Assembly: GCA_035948015.1 (NCBI GenBank)
Contig: DASZJO010000114.1
Location: 31,780 to 95,779 of the forward strand
DNA: 64,000 bases
Reading direction: 5' to 3'
Origin: Puia sp.
GTDB taxonomy: Bacteria; Bacteroidota; Bacteroidia; Chitinophagales; Chitinophagaceae
Shown: in pieces, positions 53,491 to 63,518 of the stretch
How positions within the stretch are numbered: position 1 is the first letter of the stretch
Layout: every line of letters starts with the position of its first letter
The notes under the pieces: generated by a model
Database searches by the model: none
The model's input: the letters and a program-made list of their open reading frames with translations, nothing else
What the model was told of the DNA's origin: nothing
Position numbers and translations under genes: made by a program

Positions 53491-55849
53491 TAATGATTTT
53501 TTTCAGCCGTTGATACATGAACGACACAACCAGCAACAATACCCCCAAACAGAAGAATGCCGCAATCTTGCCGGCAATGGGAATATCCCGGATATCGAAC
53601 AGGAAGAGCTTCAGGAGCGTGATCGTAAACAACACAAGAGAGAATATCCGCAAGGGCCTGAACTTATGCCGCATCCCCAACCACATACAAACAAATGAAC
53701 ATAACCCCCAAAGGATCGGCAATCCCGCTTTTTCATAAACCCGCTGAAGCTCATCCAGCCGATGCTGCGGGGAATAAAATAGCACATTCACCACCATCTG
53801 CCCTTCCGCACTCAGCAAAATGACGGCTATTATCGCCACCACCCACGCAAAAAGCGCCTCCTCTACCAGCCTGCTGCCCGCCCGGAACAACGCTGTCAGC
53901 CGGTACAGCATGTACAGGACGACCGCCGTGCCTATCCAGTGGGCAATAAAATGACCCGGGTAGAGCTTTTTCTCCAACATAGCCTGCTGCAAATCGATCA
54001 CGCCCGGCAACGACGCCAGATAAACCAGCAGCCCAAGCCCCAATAGCGCCATGTTGAAGATGCGAAAGTCTGCCACCTTTAGCCGTCCGTTAAATGCAGC
54101 AAATAGGCTGATAAAGATCCATGTATACAATAGTAAATAGAAGGCTTCGATGCCCAGCCGTGGATACCGGCTGTTGAATTGATACCCGATCTCCAGCGCA
54201 CCCGAAATATACAGCAGTACCGCAGCCGCAAACAACAAGACCAGCGCCGTCGCCATGTCCCGCTGCATCCGGAACAGCACAAAACAAGCGGCAGCACAAT
54301 ACAACCCCGTCATACACCCTTTATTGAAAACGATAGCCATACCCGGGGGACAGCCCAGATAAATATTGACCCAATCCCAGACCAGACTGACCAGCATCCC
54401 CGCCAGGACCACCCATGAAGCCACCCCGATGAGCCGCAACTTCGATTGAAGGAATAGCCAATACAACAACACCGACTCCGATGCCCAGAACAGCGTGATA
54501 TAATGGCCATGTAACTGCAATGGGGCCGTCAGCGACACAAAGGACAATGTTATCCCGATCAGCAGATATAAAATGTTCTTATCCACCGACTGCCTGCGGA
54601 AAAGCAGCCATGACAGGGCAATATGTATGACCCCCATTATAGCACAATACAAACCCTTGTAGTTCTCAAGGCCGAGCCTCGAAAGGAAATAAAGTGACAC
54701 GCCGAAATACAGACAAGTGTTGAGCAGCAGGATCAGGAAATCCGAAGCGATAAACTTCTTCTTCTCCCGGATGGTATGGGCGATATTTACAACAAAAAAT
54801 AACGCATAAAAGGCGGTAGCAAACGCCGCTCCGCCATAATAAACTGCCTGCCCGGGATTCTCGGGGAGCGCGATCAGCCACGAACCATAGAGTACAACGG
54901 TAAACCCAAAAGCCAGCCCGTTCAGTAGCCGCCAGGCCTTGTAATAAGCGATCACCAGCAGACCGGTGTTGATGATCAGGAGATAAGTGAACAATACTTT
55001 ATAGTCGCCGCTGCCATTGCTGACCAGGAAAGGAGTGACGAACCCCCCAACCAGCGCGATAATGGCCAGTTCCTGCCGATCGTACAGCAGCGAAAGCACA
55101 ACAGAAAAAGCCGTGATAACCAGCATCAAGACAAAGGCGGAAGTTTGCCCGAAAAGATGATACTGATGATAGGCGAGCGCAATAGTAAAATAGAGAACCG
55201 CAAGCCCGCCGCCGATCAGAACAGAACTGAATGCTTTGTACTGGTTGCGCAGCCGGTGCGCCAACCCGATCAGAACGGCGCCGCATAAGAGCCCGACGCC
55301 AACCCGGCCTACCGGCCCGATCCAGTCATTGTCGATTGCATATTTGACAAAGAAACCAATGGCCAGAACCAGGATGGCGATCCCGATCTTGCTGATCAGG
55401 TTCTCACCGATAAATTTTTCCCAATCCGTAGGCTGTCCCATCGGCTGCTCCACCCGCTGCTCCGCCACTTTCTCCACTTTCGGCGCCTCCCGCCGGACCG
55501 GCCCTCCAGGGGCCGGACTCGCCACTGGCCGGAACGGCTCCATCTCCCTCGGCGGCGCCTTCACTGCAGGCGGTGGCACAACTGGCGGCGGCGCCTTCAC
55601 TGCAGGCGGTGGCACAACCGGCGGCGGCACAACTGGCGGCGTCACAACTGGCGGCGGCACAACCGGCGCCGCAGGCGCCCTCCCCCCCGTTCCCTCCTGC
55701 GCCGCAGGCGCCTCCACCCTCTTCCCCAACTCTTCGCGAAGCCGCATCACCTCCTCCTCCAACCGGTCCATCTTATCCGAAAGACTATACCGTGAGACCA
55801 GGATCAGCGCGATCACAATAATGAAAAATAGAACAAAGACAACTTCCAT
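53462..55849 (-). CDS. DUF2339 family polytopic membrane protein with an N-terminal coiled coil and a Pro-rich linker
   Basis: N-terminal TM, coiled coil (DKMDRLEEEVMRLREELGKR), a PPPVV repeat, then more than 20 predicted TM helices. The start at 55849 (MEVVFVLFF) is preferred; the track start is 55888. Confidence 0.75.
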   Translation of the reverse strand: MEVVFVLFFIIVIALILVSRYSLSDKMDRLEEEVMRLREELGKRVEAPAAQEGTGGRAPAAPVVPPPVVTPPVVPPPVVPPPAVKAPPPVVPPPAVKAPPREMEPFRPVASPAPGGPVRREAPKVEKVAEQRVEQPMGQPTDWEKFIGENLISKIGIAILVLAIGFFVKYAIDNDWIGPVGRVGVGLLCGAVLIGLAHRLRNQYKAFSSVLIGGGLAVLYFTIALAYHQYHLFGQTSAFVLMLVITAFSVVLSLLYDRQELAIIALVGGFVTPFLVSNGSGDYKVLFTYLLIINTGLLVIAYYKAWRLLNGLAFGFTVVLYGSWLIALPENPGQAVYYGGAAFATAFYALFFVVNIAHTIREKKKFIASDFLILLLNTCLYFGVSLYFLSRLGLENYKGLYCAIMGVIHIALSWLLFRRQSVDKNILYLLIGITLSFVSLTAPLQLHGHYITLFWASESVLLYWLFLQSKLRLIGVASWVVLAGMLVSLVWDWVNIYLGCPPGMAIVFNKGCMTGLYCAAACFVLFRMQRDMATALVLLFAAAVLLYISGALEIGYQFNSRYPRLGIEAFYLLLYTWIFISLFAAFNGRLKVADFRIFNMALLGLGLLVYLASLPGVIDLQQAMLEKKLYPGHFIAHWIGTAVVLYMLYRLTALFRAGSRLVEEALFAWVVAIIAVILLSAEGQMVVNVLFYSPQHRLDELQRVYEKAGLPILWGLCSFVCMWLGMRHKFRPLRIFSLVLFTITLLKLFLFDIRDIPIAGKIAAFFCLGVLLLVVSFMYQRLKKIIIDHEAKIPD
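55551..55664. repeat. Coding tandem repeats (33/36-nt units followed by 15-nt units) encoding VVPPP/AVKAPPP
   Basis: GGCGGCGCCTTCACTGCAGGCGGTGGCACAACT occurs twice, then GGCGGCGGCACAACT-like units three times. Confidence 0.8.
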
Positions 55850-55906
55850 AGGCAGCCTTTTATAGTTCACCCCGGCTATCTCCCGCAACCCCGCTCACTT
55901 CCCCCC

Positions 55907-56689
55907 TCATCCCCCCAAACTCAACTCGAGATATACAGGGCAATGGTCGCTCTGTCTGACATCCGGATAGATCTCCGCCTTAACCAGATTGCCTTTCAAC
56001 GGATCGGTAACACTGATATAATCGATCCGCCACCCCTTATTCTCCAACCGCACTGAAGGAAACCGCTGGCTCCACCACGTATAATGGTGAGGATCGGAAT
56101 TCAACTGCCGGAAACCATCCACCCACCCGCTGCTCAGGAACTTATCCATCCAGGCCCGCTCCTCCGGAAGAAATCCGGAATTGTTCTTATTGCCCTTCGG
56201 ATCATGGATATCGATCACATTATGCGCGATATTATAGTCCCCGCACACGATCAGCCGCGGGATCTTCGTCTTCAGTCCTTCAAGATACTCAAAAAATTCG
56301 TCCAGCCATTGATATTTGTAGCTTTGGCGCTGCTCCCCTGACGTACCTGACGGGAAATAAGCATTGATGAGCCGGATATCCCCGAAGTCCAGCTGAATGA
56401 CCCGCCCTTCATCGTCACTCACCGCATGCCCTGTTCCATATTCAACATGATCCGGCTTGAGCCGCGTGAAGACCGCCACCCCGCTATACCCCTTCTTCTT
56501 CGCCGAAAACCAATAGTCGTGATATCCTAATTCTTCTATACGATGATGCGCCACATTCTCCCTGTGCGCCTTCGTCTCCTGTATACAAACAATATCCGCC
56601 GGATCGGTCTTCAACCATTCGATCAAACCCTTGCTCATCGCGGCGCGGATACCGTTAACGTTATAGCTGACAATGCGAATTGATGACAT
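55907..56689 (-). CDS. xth: Exodeoxyribonuclease III
   Basis: IVSYNVNGIR, CIQETK, VCGDYNIAH, RIDYISV, SDHCPV. Confidence 0.94.
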   Translation of the reverse strand: MSSIRIVSYNVNGIRAAMSKGLIEWLKTDPADIVCIQETKAHRENVAHHRIEELGYHDYWFSAKKKGYSGVAVFTRLKPDHVEYGTGHAVSDDEGRVIQLDFGDIRLINAYFPSGTSGEQRQSYKYQWLDEFFEYLEGLKTKIPRLIVCGDYNIAHNVIDIHDPKGNKNNSGFLPEERAWMDKFLSSGWVDGFRQLNSDPHHYTWWSQRFPSVRLENKGWRIDYISVTDPLKGNLVKAEIYPDVRQSDHCPVYLELSLGG

Positions 56690-56729
56690 AATCGTCTATA
56701 TTGCAAACAAAATATAATTGCAATATACT

Positions 56730-57500
56730 ATGGATAGACTAGACAGGATCATCCCCGCCCATGACACCCAATTCCTGGAAGGACCCAAGAGCCGTACCTA
56801 CGAGCTGTATTCCGCGTGGCGGATATTTTGGGAATTCATCAAAGGATTTCGCACCCTCCACTTCGTGGGCCCCTGTATCACCGTTTTCGGTTCGGCCCGC
56901 TTCAAGGAAGATCATCCTGACTACCAATCCGCTCGTGAAATGGGAAGACAGATCGCCGCCATGGGCTTCACTACCATGACCGGCGGCGGCCCGGGAACAA
57001 TGGAAGCAGCCAACCGCGGCGCGTTCGAACAAGGCGGCATGTCCGTTGGCTGCAATATCAAATTGCCGTTCGAACAAAAACCCAACCCCTATGTGCAAAC
57101 CTCCCTCACCTTCGAACACTTCTTCGTCCGAAAAGTAATGCTGGTGAAATATTCCTACGCATTTGTGATCATGCCCGGTGGCTTCGGCACGATGGACGAA
57201 TTCTTCGAAACGCTTACCCTCGTGCAGACCAAGATCATCGTCCGCTTCCCTCTCGTGCTCTTTGGAAAAGATTACTATCAGCCCTTAATGGCATACATGA
57301 AGCAAATGGCCGATCAGGGAACGATCTCGCCCGAAGACCTTTCCCTTGTCCTGCTGACTGACAGCGTCGCCGAATCCATTCAGCATATCGACACGTTTAT
57401 CCAAAAGAATTACCGCCGGCGGCCGCCCCGCCGGAAATGGTGGCTCTTCGAACCAAAGCCCGCGACTGCGACAGCCGCGTCCACCATCAATGATGTGTAG
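56730..57500 (+). CDS. TIGR00730/LOG family protein (lysine-decarboxylase-like Rossmann fold; cytokinin riboside 5'-monophosphate phosphoribohydrolase family)
   Basis: GGGPGTMEAANRGA and PGGFGTMDEFFE. ATG at 56730; the track TTG is at 56718. Confidence 0.85.
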   Translation: MDRLDRIIPAHDTQFLEGPKSRTYELYSAWRIFWEFIKGFRTLHFVGPCITVFGSARFKEDHPDYQSAREMGRQIAAMGFTTMTGGGPGTMEAANRGAFEQGGMSVGCNIKLPFEQKPNPYVQTSLTFEHFFVRKVMLVKYSYAFVIMPGGFGTMDEFFETLTLVQTKIIVRFPLVLFGKDYYQPLMAYMKQMADQGTISPEDLSLVLLTDSVAESIQHIDTFIQKNYRRRPPRRKWWLFEPKPATATAASTINDV

Positions 57501-58299
57501 TCGGTAAAACAAGCCCGAGACTCAATATCATCTCCTCCGTCCCAAACGCCTGGTGCGCAGCACCCCTATAGATATTTATGTTGTGATACCGCGCATAGTC
57601 GAGTTTATCGGAGAACTCAAGATAAACATACCGGAAGAACGTCGCCCGCAGCGACCCCTCCAACCCTGTATTCCAGCCGCCAAACTGAAAACCTTGATCA
57701 TTGGCATGGCCGAACAACTCGTTTTGCGTGTGCGGGATCACCGGTCCAACCCCAAACTTGCCGAGGAAGTCCAACTTGACCTTTTCATCCCCCGATCGCA
57801 ACAAATGCCATTTTTTTGTTAGATTGAAAAGCAAAAAATTCGCGCCGTTGTTAAGATAATAATAAAATCCATTTTCCGCATTGAACGCAATCGCCGTGTC
57901 GACACTCCGATTATTCAATTTGCCCCTGAGCGCAACGCTCTGATCGGCAAATATGTATTTGGTATGGTCAAAATTAATCTCGAAGCCCCAACCCTTCTTC
58001 TCATCCAGCAGGAACCCCAGCCGATAGTTGTATTGCGGGATAGACAACGCTTTGCTTAACAGCCCCTCATTCCAGCCCGGATGATCATGCGCCTTGACAT
58101 GCAAAAAATCATAGTCGTTGCCTAAAGCCGACTGCGAAATATGGATCGTGCTATTCGTATACCACTCCCCGTTGTACCCCCAGGAGGCGTAAACTTCCTT
58201 TATAAAATGCTTTTTCTTTTTCGGGGGTTGCTGTTGTGCAGAAGCCGTTAGAGGCACCGCAAAAATCAGTAAAGCTTTTGCCACGCTTAAAAATCTCAT
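57487..58299 (-). CDS. Hypothetical secreted protein, probable outer-membrane beta-barrel
   Basis: Signal peptide MRFLSVAKALLIFAVPLTASAQ. Alternating aromatic/Gly-rich beta-strand-like segments. No family recognised. Confidence 0.55.
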   Translation of the reverse strand: MRFLSVAKALLIFAVPLTASAQQQPPKKKKHFIKEVYASWGYNGEWYTNSTIHISQSALGNDYDFLHVKAHDHPGWNEGLLSKALSIPQYNYRLGFLLDEKKGWGFEINFDHTKYIFADQSVALRGKLNNRSVDTAIAFNAENGFYYYLNNGANFLLFNLTKKWHLLRSGDEKVKLDFLGKFGVGPVIPHTQNELFGHANDQGFQFGGWNTGLEGSLRATFFRYVYLEFSDKLDYARYHNINIYRGAAHQAFGTEEMILSLGLVLPTTHH

Positions 58300-58404
58300 A
58301 CCAATCGATAGGTTTAAATACTTCTATATGGGGAGCAAAATTATAGAATTATTGTCATCCCAAACCATCTTAACTGCTAAATTGCACCAGAATCCATTTT
58401 TCTC

Positions 58405-58863
58405 ATGCCCACGGAAGCCAATCCCACTACCACGGAACCTACCCCCACGACCGAAGAGGCCGACCTGCTCCGCAAACAAGTCGGTACCGCCAGAACCCTC
58501 CTGCTGATCGTCGCCGTGGCCACCCTCATCTCGGCCCTGCTCCTGCTGCCCCAGCTCCCGGGACGAAATACCCTGACCAATATCCTGTTGACCTCAACCG
58601 TATCGGTTATCTATTTCATTCTCGCCCTATGGACCGGGAAAAAGCCGTACACGGCAATCCTCGCAGGACTGCTCCTGCTTGCGTTCACTATCCTCCTCGA
58701 TATCTTCTGGAACCCTTTCGGACCGTTCGCCCGATGGCAGTCTAAACTCCTGACAATCTTCCTGCTGCTCCTCGGCACCGGCGACAGCAAAGACGCCCAA
58801 CAAAAAATGAAAGCGCCCGCTGCGCCAGGCGCGCGCCCCGCGCCCCCTGCGCCCCCCGCCTAA
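58405..58863 (+). CDS. Hypothetical small membrane protein with a Pro/Ala-rich C-terminus
   Basis: Four predicted TM helices; the tail is [17 protein letters not shown]. Confidence 0.5.
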   Translation: MPTEANPTTTEPTPTTEEADLLRKQVGTARTLLLIVAVATLISALLLLPQLPGRNTLTNILLTSTVSVIYFILALWTGKKPYTAILAGLLLLAFTILLDIFWNPFGPFARWQSKLLTIFLLLLGTGDSKDAQQKMKAPAAPGARPAPPAPPA

Positions 58864-61589
58864 GCATCATAATCCAACACCGGCCTGAGCCACCGCTCCA
58901 CTTCCTCCACCGGCATCTCCTTGCGCGCCGCATAATCCACCACCTGATCCTTTTCGATCTTCCCCACCCCGAAATATTTGCTTTGAGGATGCGCAAAATA
59001 CCAGCCGCTTACCGTCGAAGCCGGATACATCGCCAGCGACTCTGTCAACACAACCCTTATTTGCCGATCAGCATCCAGCAACCCGAATAGCTTCCGCTTC
59101 TCCGTATGGTCCGGACAAGCCGGATAACCGGGGGCAGGCCGGATACCCAGATATTCTTCATGGATCAGCTGTTCGCTGCTCAGGCGCTCGTCGCCGACAT
59201 AGCCCCACCACTCCTTCCGTACCCGCTCGTGCAGCAATTCTGTGAACGCTTCTGCCAGCCGATCTGCCAATGCCTGCAACATGATCTTGTTATAATCGTC
59301 ATGCGCGGCTTCGAATCGTTTGAGATGCGGCTCGATACCCGCGATCGTCGTCACGAATGCCCCCAGGTGATCAGCGAGACCCGTTTCAGCCGGCGCGATA
59401 TAGTCACTCAGCGAAATATTCGGCTGACCCGCCGCCTTCTTGATCTGCTGGCGCAGGAACTCAAGATGCACATAACCGTCCGGCCCCTTGACGACAACCG
59501 TATCCTTCCCGTTGGATTGAGCCTGCCAGAATCCGATGACCGCCCGCGCCTCCAGCCATTTTTCCTTCACGATCTGCTCGAGCAGCCCTTGCGCGTCGTC
59601 ATACAGCTTCTTCGCTTCAACACCCACGACCGCATCCTGCAGGATCTGCGGGAACTTTCCATGCAATTCCCAGGCGATGAAGAAAGGACCCCAGTCGATA
59701 TACGGCACGATCTCCGCGAGATCATACCCGTGGAATACTTTTCGGCCCGTAAACTGCGGCGCCACCGGCCGGAACGATGCCCAGTCGACCTTGACTTTAT
59801 TCTCCTGCGCTGCCCCGAATGACAGATATTGCTTGATCGTCCGCTTATTGTTAAAGTCAACTCTTAATTTGCCGTATTCCGCCCCGATCCCTTTCAGGAA
59901 TTCAGGCTTCTGTTCGGCATTCAGCAACGACCCCACCACCGTAACACTCCGCGAAGCATCCAGCACATGCACAACCCCATTCGAAAATTCCGGCGCGATC
60001 TTTACCGCCGTATGCATCCGGGAAGTCGTAGCCCCGCCGATCAGCAATGGCACCTCGAAACCCTGCCGCTTCATCTCCCGCGCTACATGTACCATCTCGT
60101 CCAGCGATGGAGTGATCAACCCGCTCAGCCCGATCACATCCACCTTCTCCCGCTTCGCCGTTTCCAATATCTTATCGGCCGGCACCATGACCCCAAGGTC
60201 GATAATGTCATAACCGTTGCAGCCCAGCACAACACCCACAATGTTCTTGCCGATATCATGCACATCCCCCTTCACCGTAGCCAACAGGATCTTCGCCGCC
60301 CCCGCCTCGGCCGCCGAAGCCTCCGCAAAGGCAGCCCCTTCGACCAGCGCGCGCTTCCTCCGCTCCTCCTTCTCCTGCTCGATATATGGCGTGAGTATCG
60401 CAACCGACTTTTTCATGACCCGCGCACTCTTCACGACCTGCGGCAGGAACATTTTACCGCTTCCAAACAAATCCCCCACGACATCCATCCCCGCCATCAA
60501 TGGCCCCTCTATCACATCCAACGGTTTAGGATATTTCAGCCGCGCCTCCTCCGTGTCACCATCGATAAAGTCGGTAATGCCATTCACCAACGCATGTTTC
60601 AACCGCTCCTCCACCGTACCCTGCCTCCACGCCTCATCCTTTACCTCCGCTTTATCTTTTGCCTTCACTGTCTCCGCAAATGCCAGCAGCTTGTCCGTAG
60701 CCTCCGGATTCCGGTTCAGGATCACATCCTCGCAAAGCTGCCGCAGCCGCGGCTCGATCTCGTCGTAAATGACCAGCTGCCCCGCATTGACGATACCCAT
60801 GTCCATCCCCGCCTTGATCGCATAGTAGAGGAATACGCTATGCATGGCCTCCCTCACCGCCTCATTCCCCCGGAATGAGAAGGAGATATTGCTGACACCC
60901 CCGCTGATCCGCGTAAGCGGCATGATCGTTTTTATTTCTTTTATCCCTTCAATAAAGTCGACCGCATAATTATTATGCTCCTCGATACCGGTAGCAATAG
61001 CGAATATGTTCGGATCAAAAATGATATCCTCCGGATCAAACCCCACCCGCTCTGTCAGTATCTTATAAGCCCGCGCGCTGATATCCACCTTCTTCCGCAG
61101 CGTATCGGCCTGCCCGCCCTCATCAAAAGCCATGACGATGACCGCCGCGCCATAACTCTTGCAAATGACCGCCTGCTCGATGAATTTGGCCTCCCCTTCC
61201 TTCAGGGATATGGAGTTGACAATACACTTGCCCTGTACGCACTTGAGCCCGGCTTCAATGATGGAGAACTTCGACGAGTCGATCATGATCGGGATCTTCG
61301 CGATATCCGGCTCCGCCTGCAACAGGTTCAGGAAGGTCTGCATCGCTTTCTCCCCATCCAGTAATGCATCGTCCATGTTGACGTCCAGGATCTGCGCCCC
61401 ATTCTCCACCTGTTGCCGCGCCACACTCAGCGCTTCCTCGTATTTATTGTCCCGGATAAGCCGGGCAAATTTCTTCGATCCGGTCACATTGGTACGCTCC
61501 CCGACGTTCACGAAATTGGTCATCGGCCTGATGACCAGCGGCTCTAATCCTGATAACCGTAAGAAAGGTTTTATTACAACTTCATCCAT
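58860..61589 (-). CDS. metH: Methionine synthase, B12-dependent: pterin-binding + cobalamin-binding + AdoMet-activation domains (lacks the Hcy domain)
   Basis: [10 protein letters not shown] (pterin domain start), [11 protein letters not shown] (DxHxxG B12 motif), [12 protein letters not shown] (activation domain). Confidence 0.95.
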   Translation of the reverse strand: MDEVVIKPFLRLSGLEPLVIRPMTNFVNVGERTNVTGSKKFARLIRDNKYEEALSVARQQVENGAQILDVNMDDALLDGEKAMQTFLNLLQAEPDIAKIPIMIDSSKFSIIEAGLKCVQGKCIVNSISLKEGEAKFIEQAVICKSYGAAVIVMAFDEGGQADTLRKKVDISARAYKILTERVGFDPEDIIFDPNIFAIATGIEEHNNYAVDFIEGIKEIKTIMPLTRISGGVSNISFSFRGNEAVREAMHSVFLYYAIKAGMDMGIVNAGQLVIYDEIEPRLRQLCEDVILNRNPEATDKLLAFAETVKAKDKAEVKDEAWRQGTVEERLKHALVNGITDFIDGDTEEARLKYPKPLDVIEGPLMAGMDVVGDLFGSGKMFLPQVVKSARVMKKSVAILTPYIEQEKEERRKRALVEGAAFAEASAAEAGAAKILLATVKGDVHDIGKNIVGVVLGCNGYDIIDLGVMVPADKILETAKREKVDVIGLSGLITPSLDEMVHVAREMKRQGFEVPLLIGGATTSRMHTAVKIAPEFSNGVVHVLDASRSVTVVGSLLNAEQKPEFLKGIGAEYGKLRVDFNNKRTIKQYLSFGAAQENKVKVDWASFRPVAPQFTGRKVFHGYDLAEIVPYIDWGPFFIAWELHGKFPQILQDAVVGVEAKKLYDDAQGLLEQIVKEKWLEARAVIGFWQAQSNGKDTVVVKGPDGYVHLEFLRQQIKKAAGQPNISLSDYIAPAETGLADHLGAFVTTIAGIEPHLKRFEAAHDDYNKIMLQALADRLAEAFTELLHERVRKEWWGYVGDERLSSEQLIHEEYLGIRPAPGYPACPDHTEKRKLFGLLDADRQIRVVLTESLAMYPASTVSGWYFAHPQSKYFGVGKIEKDQVVDYAARKEMPVEEVERWLRPVLDYDA

Positions 61590-62641
61590 TAGACTAACTC
61601 TTTTTCAATGATCGGTAACGGCCTTGGTTTGATCCTGGCCACCTCCTGTGCAATATGCCGGATATGCTCGGGGGTCGTTCCGCAACAACCGCCGACAATA
61701 TTGACAAATCCATTCTCCGCCCACTCCTCGATAAAATGCGCGGTGTCCTCCGGCATTTCATCATATTCACCCATCGCATTGGGAAGCCCGGCATTCGGAT
61801 ACGCCGATGTATAGCAGGCCGCGATCTGACTTAGCTCCTCGATATGCGGCCGCATTTCAGCCGCACCCAGCGCACAGTTGAGCCCGATGCTCAACGGCCG
61901 GGCATGCATCACCGAGACATAGAACGCTTCCAGAGTCTGCCCGCTAAGGGTCCGGCCGCTGGCATCCGTAATGGTCCCGCTTATCATGATCGGCAACTCG
62001 GGAAGGCCCGAATCACCTCCGATCCCCCGCCCCGAATCCCGGAAGTATTTTTTGATCGCAAAAATGGCCGCCTTCGCATTGAGCGTATCGAATATCGTCT
62101 CTACCAGCAGCAAGTCCACGCCGCCTTCTACAAGCGCCTTTACTTGCTCATAATAAGCGGCCGAAACCTCATCAAAAGTCACCGCCCGGAAACCCGGATT
62201 GTTGACATCAGGCGACAATGACAGCGTCTTATTCATCGGCCCGATCGCTCCCGCCACAAACCGGGGCTTGTCAGGAGTCTGCGCCGTATAGTCCGCCGCC
62301 GCCTTCTTAGCCAGCTTCGCCGCCGCCACATTGATCTCGAACGCAATGTCCTCCATGTGATAGTCGGCCATGCTGATCCGCTGGGCATTGAAGGTATCGG
62401 TCTCGATAATATCCGCACCGGCTTCAAGGTACTCCCGGTGTATCCCCTCGATGATCCCGGGCTGCGTGAGCACCAACAGGTCGTTATTCCCCTTAAGGTC
62501 GGAAGCCCAATCCTTAAAACGCTCCCCGCGATAGTCCTGTTCCTCCAGCTTGTGCCGTTGGATCATCGTCCCCATCGCCCCGTCAATGATCAGGATGCGC
62601 TCCTTCAGCGCCTTTTCAATATAATCTTTTGAATTAACCAT
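61589..62641 (-). CDS. Homocysteine S-methyltransferase domain protein (N-terminal module of split MetH)
   Basis: [21 protein letters not shown] and [11 protein letters not shown] (Zn ligands). Its stop TAA overlaps the metH ATG by 1 nt (TAATG). Confidence 0.92.
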   Translation of the reverse strand: MVNSKDYIEKALKERILIIDGAMGTMIQRHKLEEQDYRGERFKDWASDLKGNNDLLVLTQPGIIEGIHREYLEAGADIIETDTFNAQRISMADYHMEDIAFEINVAAAKLAKKAAADYTAQTPDKPRFVAGAIGPMNKTLSLSPDVNNPGFRAVTFDEVSAAYYEQVKALVEGGVDLLLVETIFDTLNAKAAIFAIKKYFRDSGRGIGGDSGLPELPIMISGTITDASGRTLSGQTLEAFYVSVMHARPLSIGLNCALGAAEMRPHIEELSQIAACYTSAYPNAGLPNAMGEYDEMPEDTAHFIEEWAENGFVNIVGGCCGTTPEHIRHIAQEVARIKPRPLPIIEKELV

Positions 62642-62796
62642 TTGATCCTCCTTTTGTAAGGTGAATAAATCCGGAGGTCAAACGCTTTGTGGAAGAAAAA
62701 ATTTTCTGGACGTTTATTAGTTCAGTGATTTCCACTTCGAAGCGCTGGCTCCGGCCATCCAGGTTGAACAATAAACAAATCCGCCTGAATGGATCG

Positions 62797-62804
62797 CAAA
62801 TATA
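62797..62804 (-). promoter_or_regulatory. -7 promoter box TATATTTG (minus strand) about 155 nt upstream of the split metH operon
   Basis: The reverse complement of CAAATATA is an exact TAnnTTTG match. Confidence 0.4.
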
Positions 62805-62848
62805 CGAACAATTTGTCAATATCCCACGATTTGACGCCCCTCGCCCCT

Positions 62849-63469
62849 TTAACCACCCGTCCGGTAACTCTCCACCGGCAACCTATTCATGATCGACCTC
62901 GCCAGCGTCATCTCATCCGCATACTCCAACTCGCCGCCAAACGCGATCCCCCGAGCAATCGTCGTGATCCTCAACGGAATATCCTGCAACTTCTTCTGGA
63001 TATAATAGATGGTGGTGTCCCCCTGTATCGTGGGATTCAACGCGAAGATCAATTCGACCGGCCGCTCCTTCCTGACCCGCCCAACCAGCGACTCGATATT
63101 CAACTGCTCCGGCCCAACCCCATCCAACGGCGAGATGATCCCGCCCAGGACATGATAAACGCCACTGAATTGCTGCGTACTTTCAATGGCGATCACCTCC
63201 CGCAGGGTCTCCACCACACAGATCAGATCCTGCTTCCGAAATGAATTGGAACAGATGGAACAGATATCCCCATCAGCTACATTATGACAACGCTGACAAA
63301 ACTTGATCTCCTGCCTCATCCTCACCAACGCCTCGCTCAAGCCCTGCACGCTCGCTGCATCAGCCCGCAGCAAATGCAGCACCAGCCTCAACGCCGTCTT
63401 TTTCCCAATACCCGGCAGCCGGGCAAATTCACTGACGGCACTCTCCATTAAAGCCGAAGAAAATTGCAT
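62849..63469 (-). CDS. recR: Recombination protein RecR
   Basis: HhH (LPGIGKKTALRL), C4 Zn finger CQRCHNVADGDICSIC, Toprim (ICVVETLREV). Confidence 0.95.
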   Translation of the reverse strand: MQFSSALMESAVSEFARLPGIGKKTALRLVLHLLRADAASVQGLSEALVRMRQEIKFCQRCHNVADGDICSICSNSFRKQDLICVVETLREVIAIESTQQFSGVYHVLGGIISPLDGVGPEQLNIESLVGRVRKERPVELIFALNPTIQGDTTIYYIQKKLQDIPLRITTIARGIAFGGELEYADEMTLARSIMNRLPVESYRTGG

Positions 63470-63518
63470 TCTGTAAAGTTACGACCCAAACCCCGGCCAG
63501 CCAAACCTCAGCCCCGGG

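Noticed and set aside
62642-62804. SAM-I / SAM-II / SAH / cobalamin riboswitch upstream of metH
   Set aside because: I could not find the GAGGGA...GGCCC (SAM-I), AAAGCU pseudoknot (SAM-II), AGGAGCGCUGC (SAH) or B12-box signatures. It is kept only as an unclassified structured leader.
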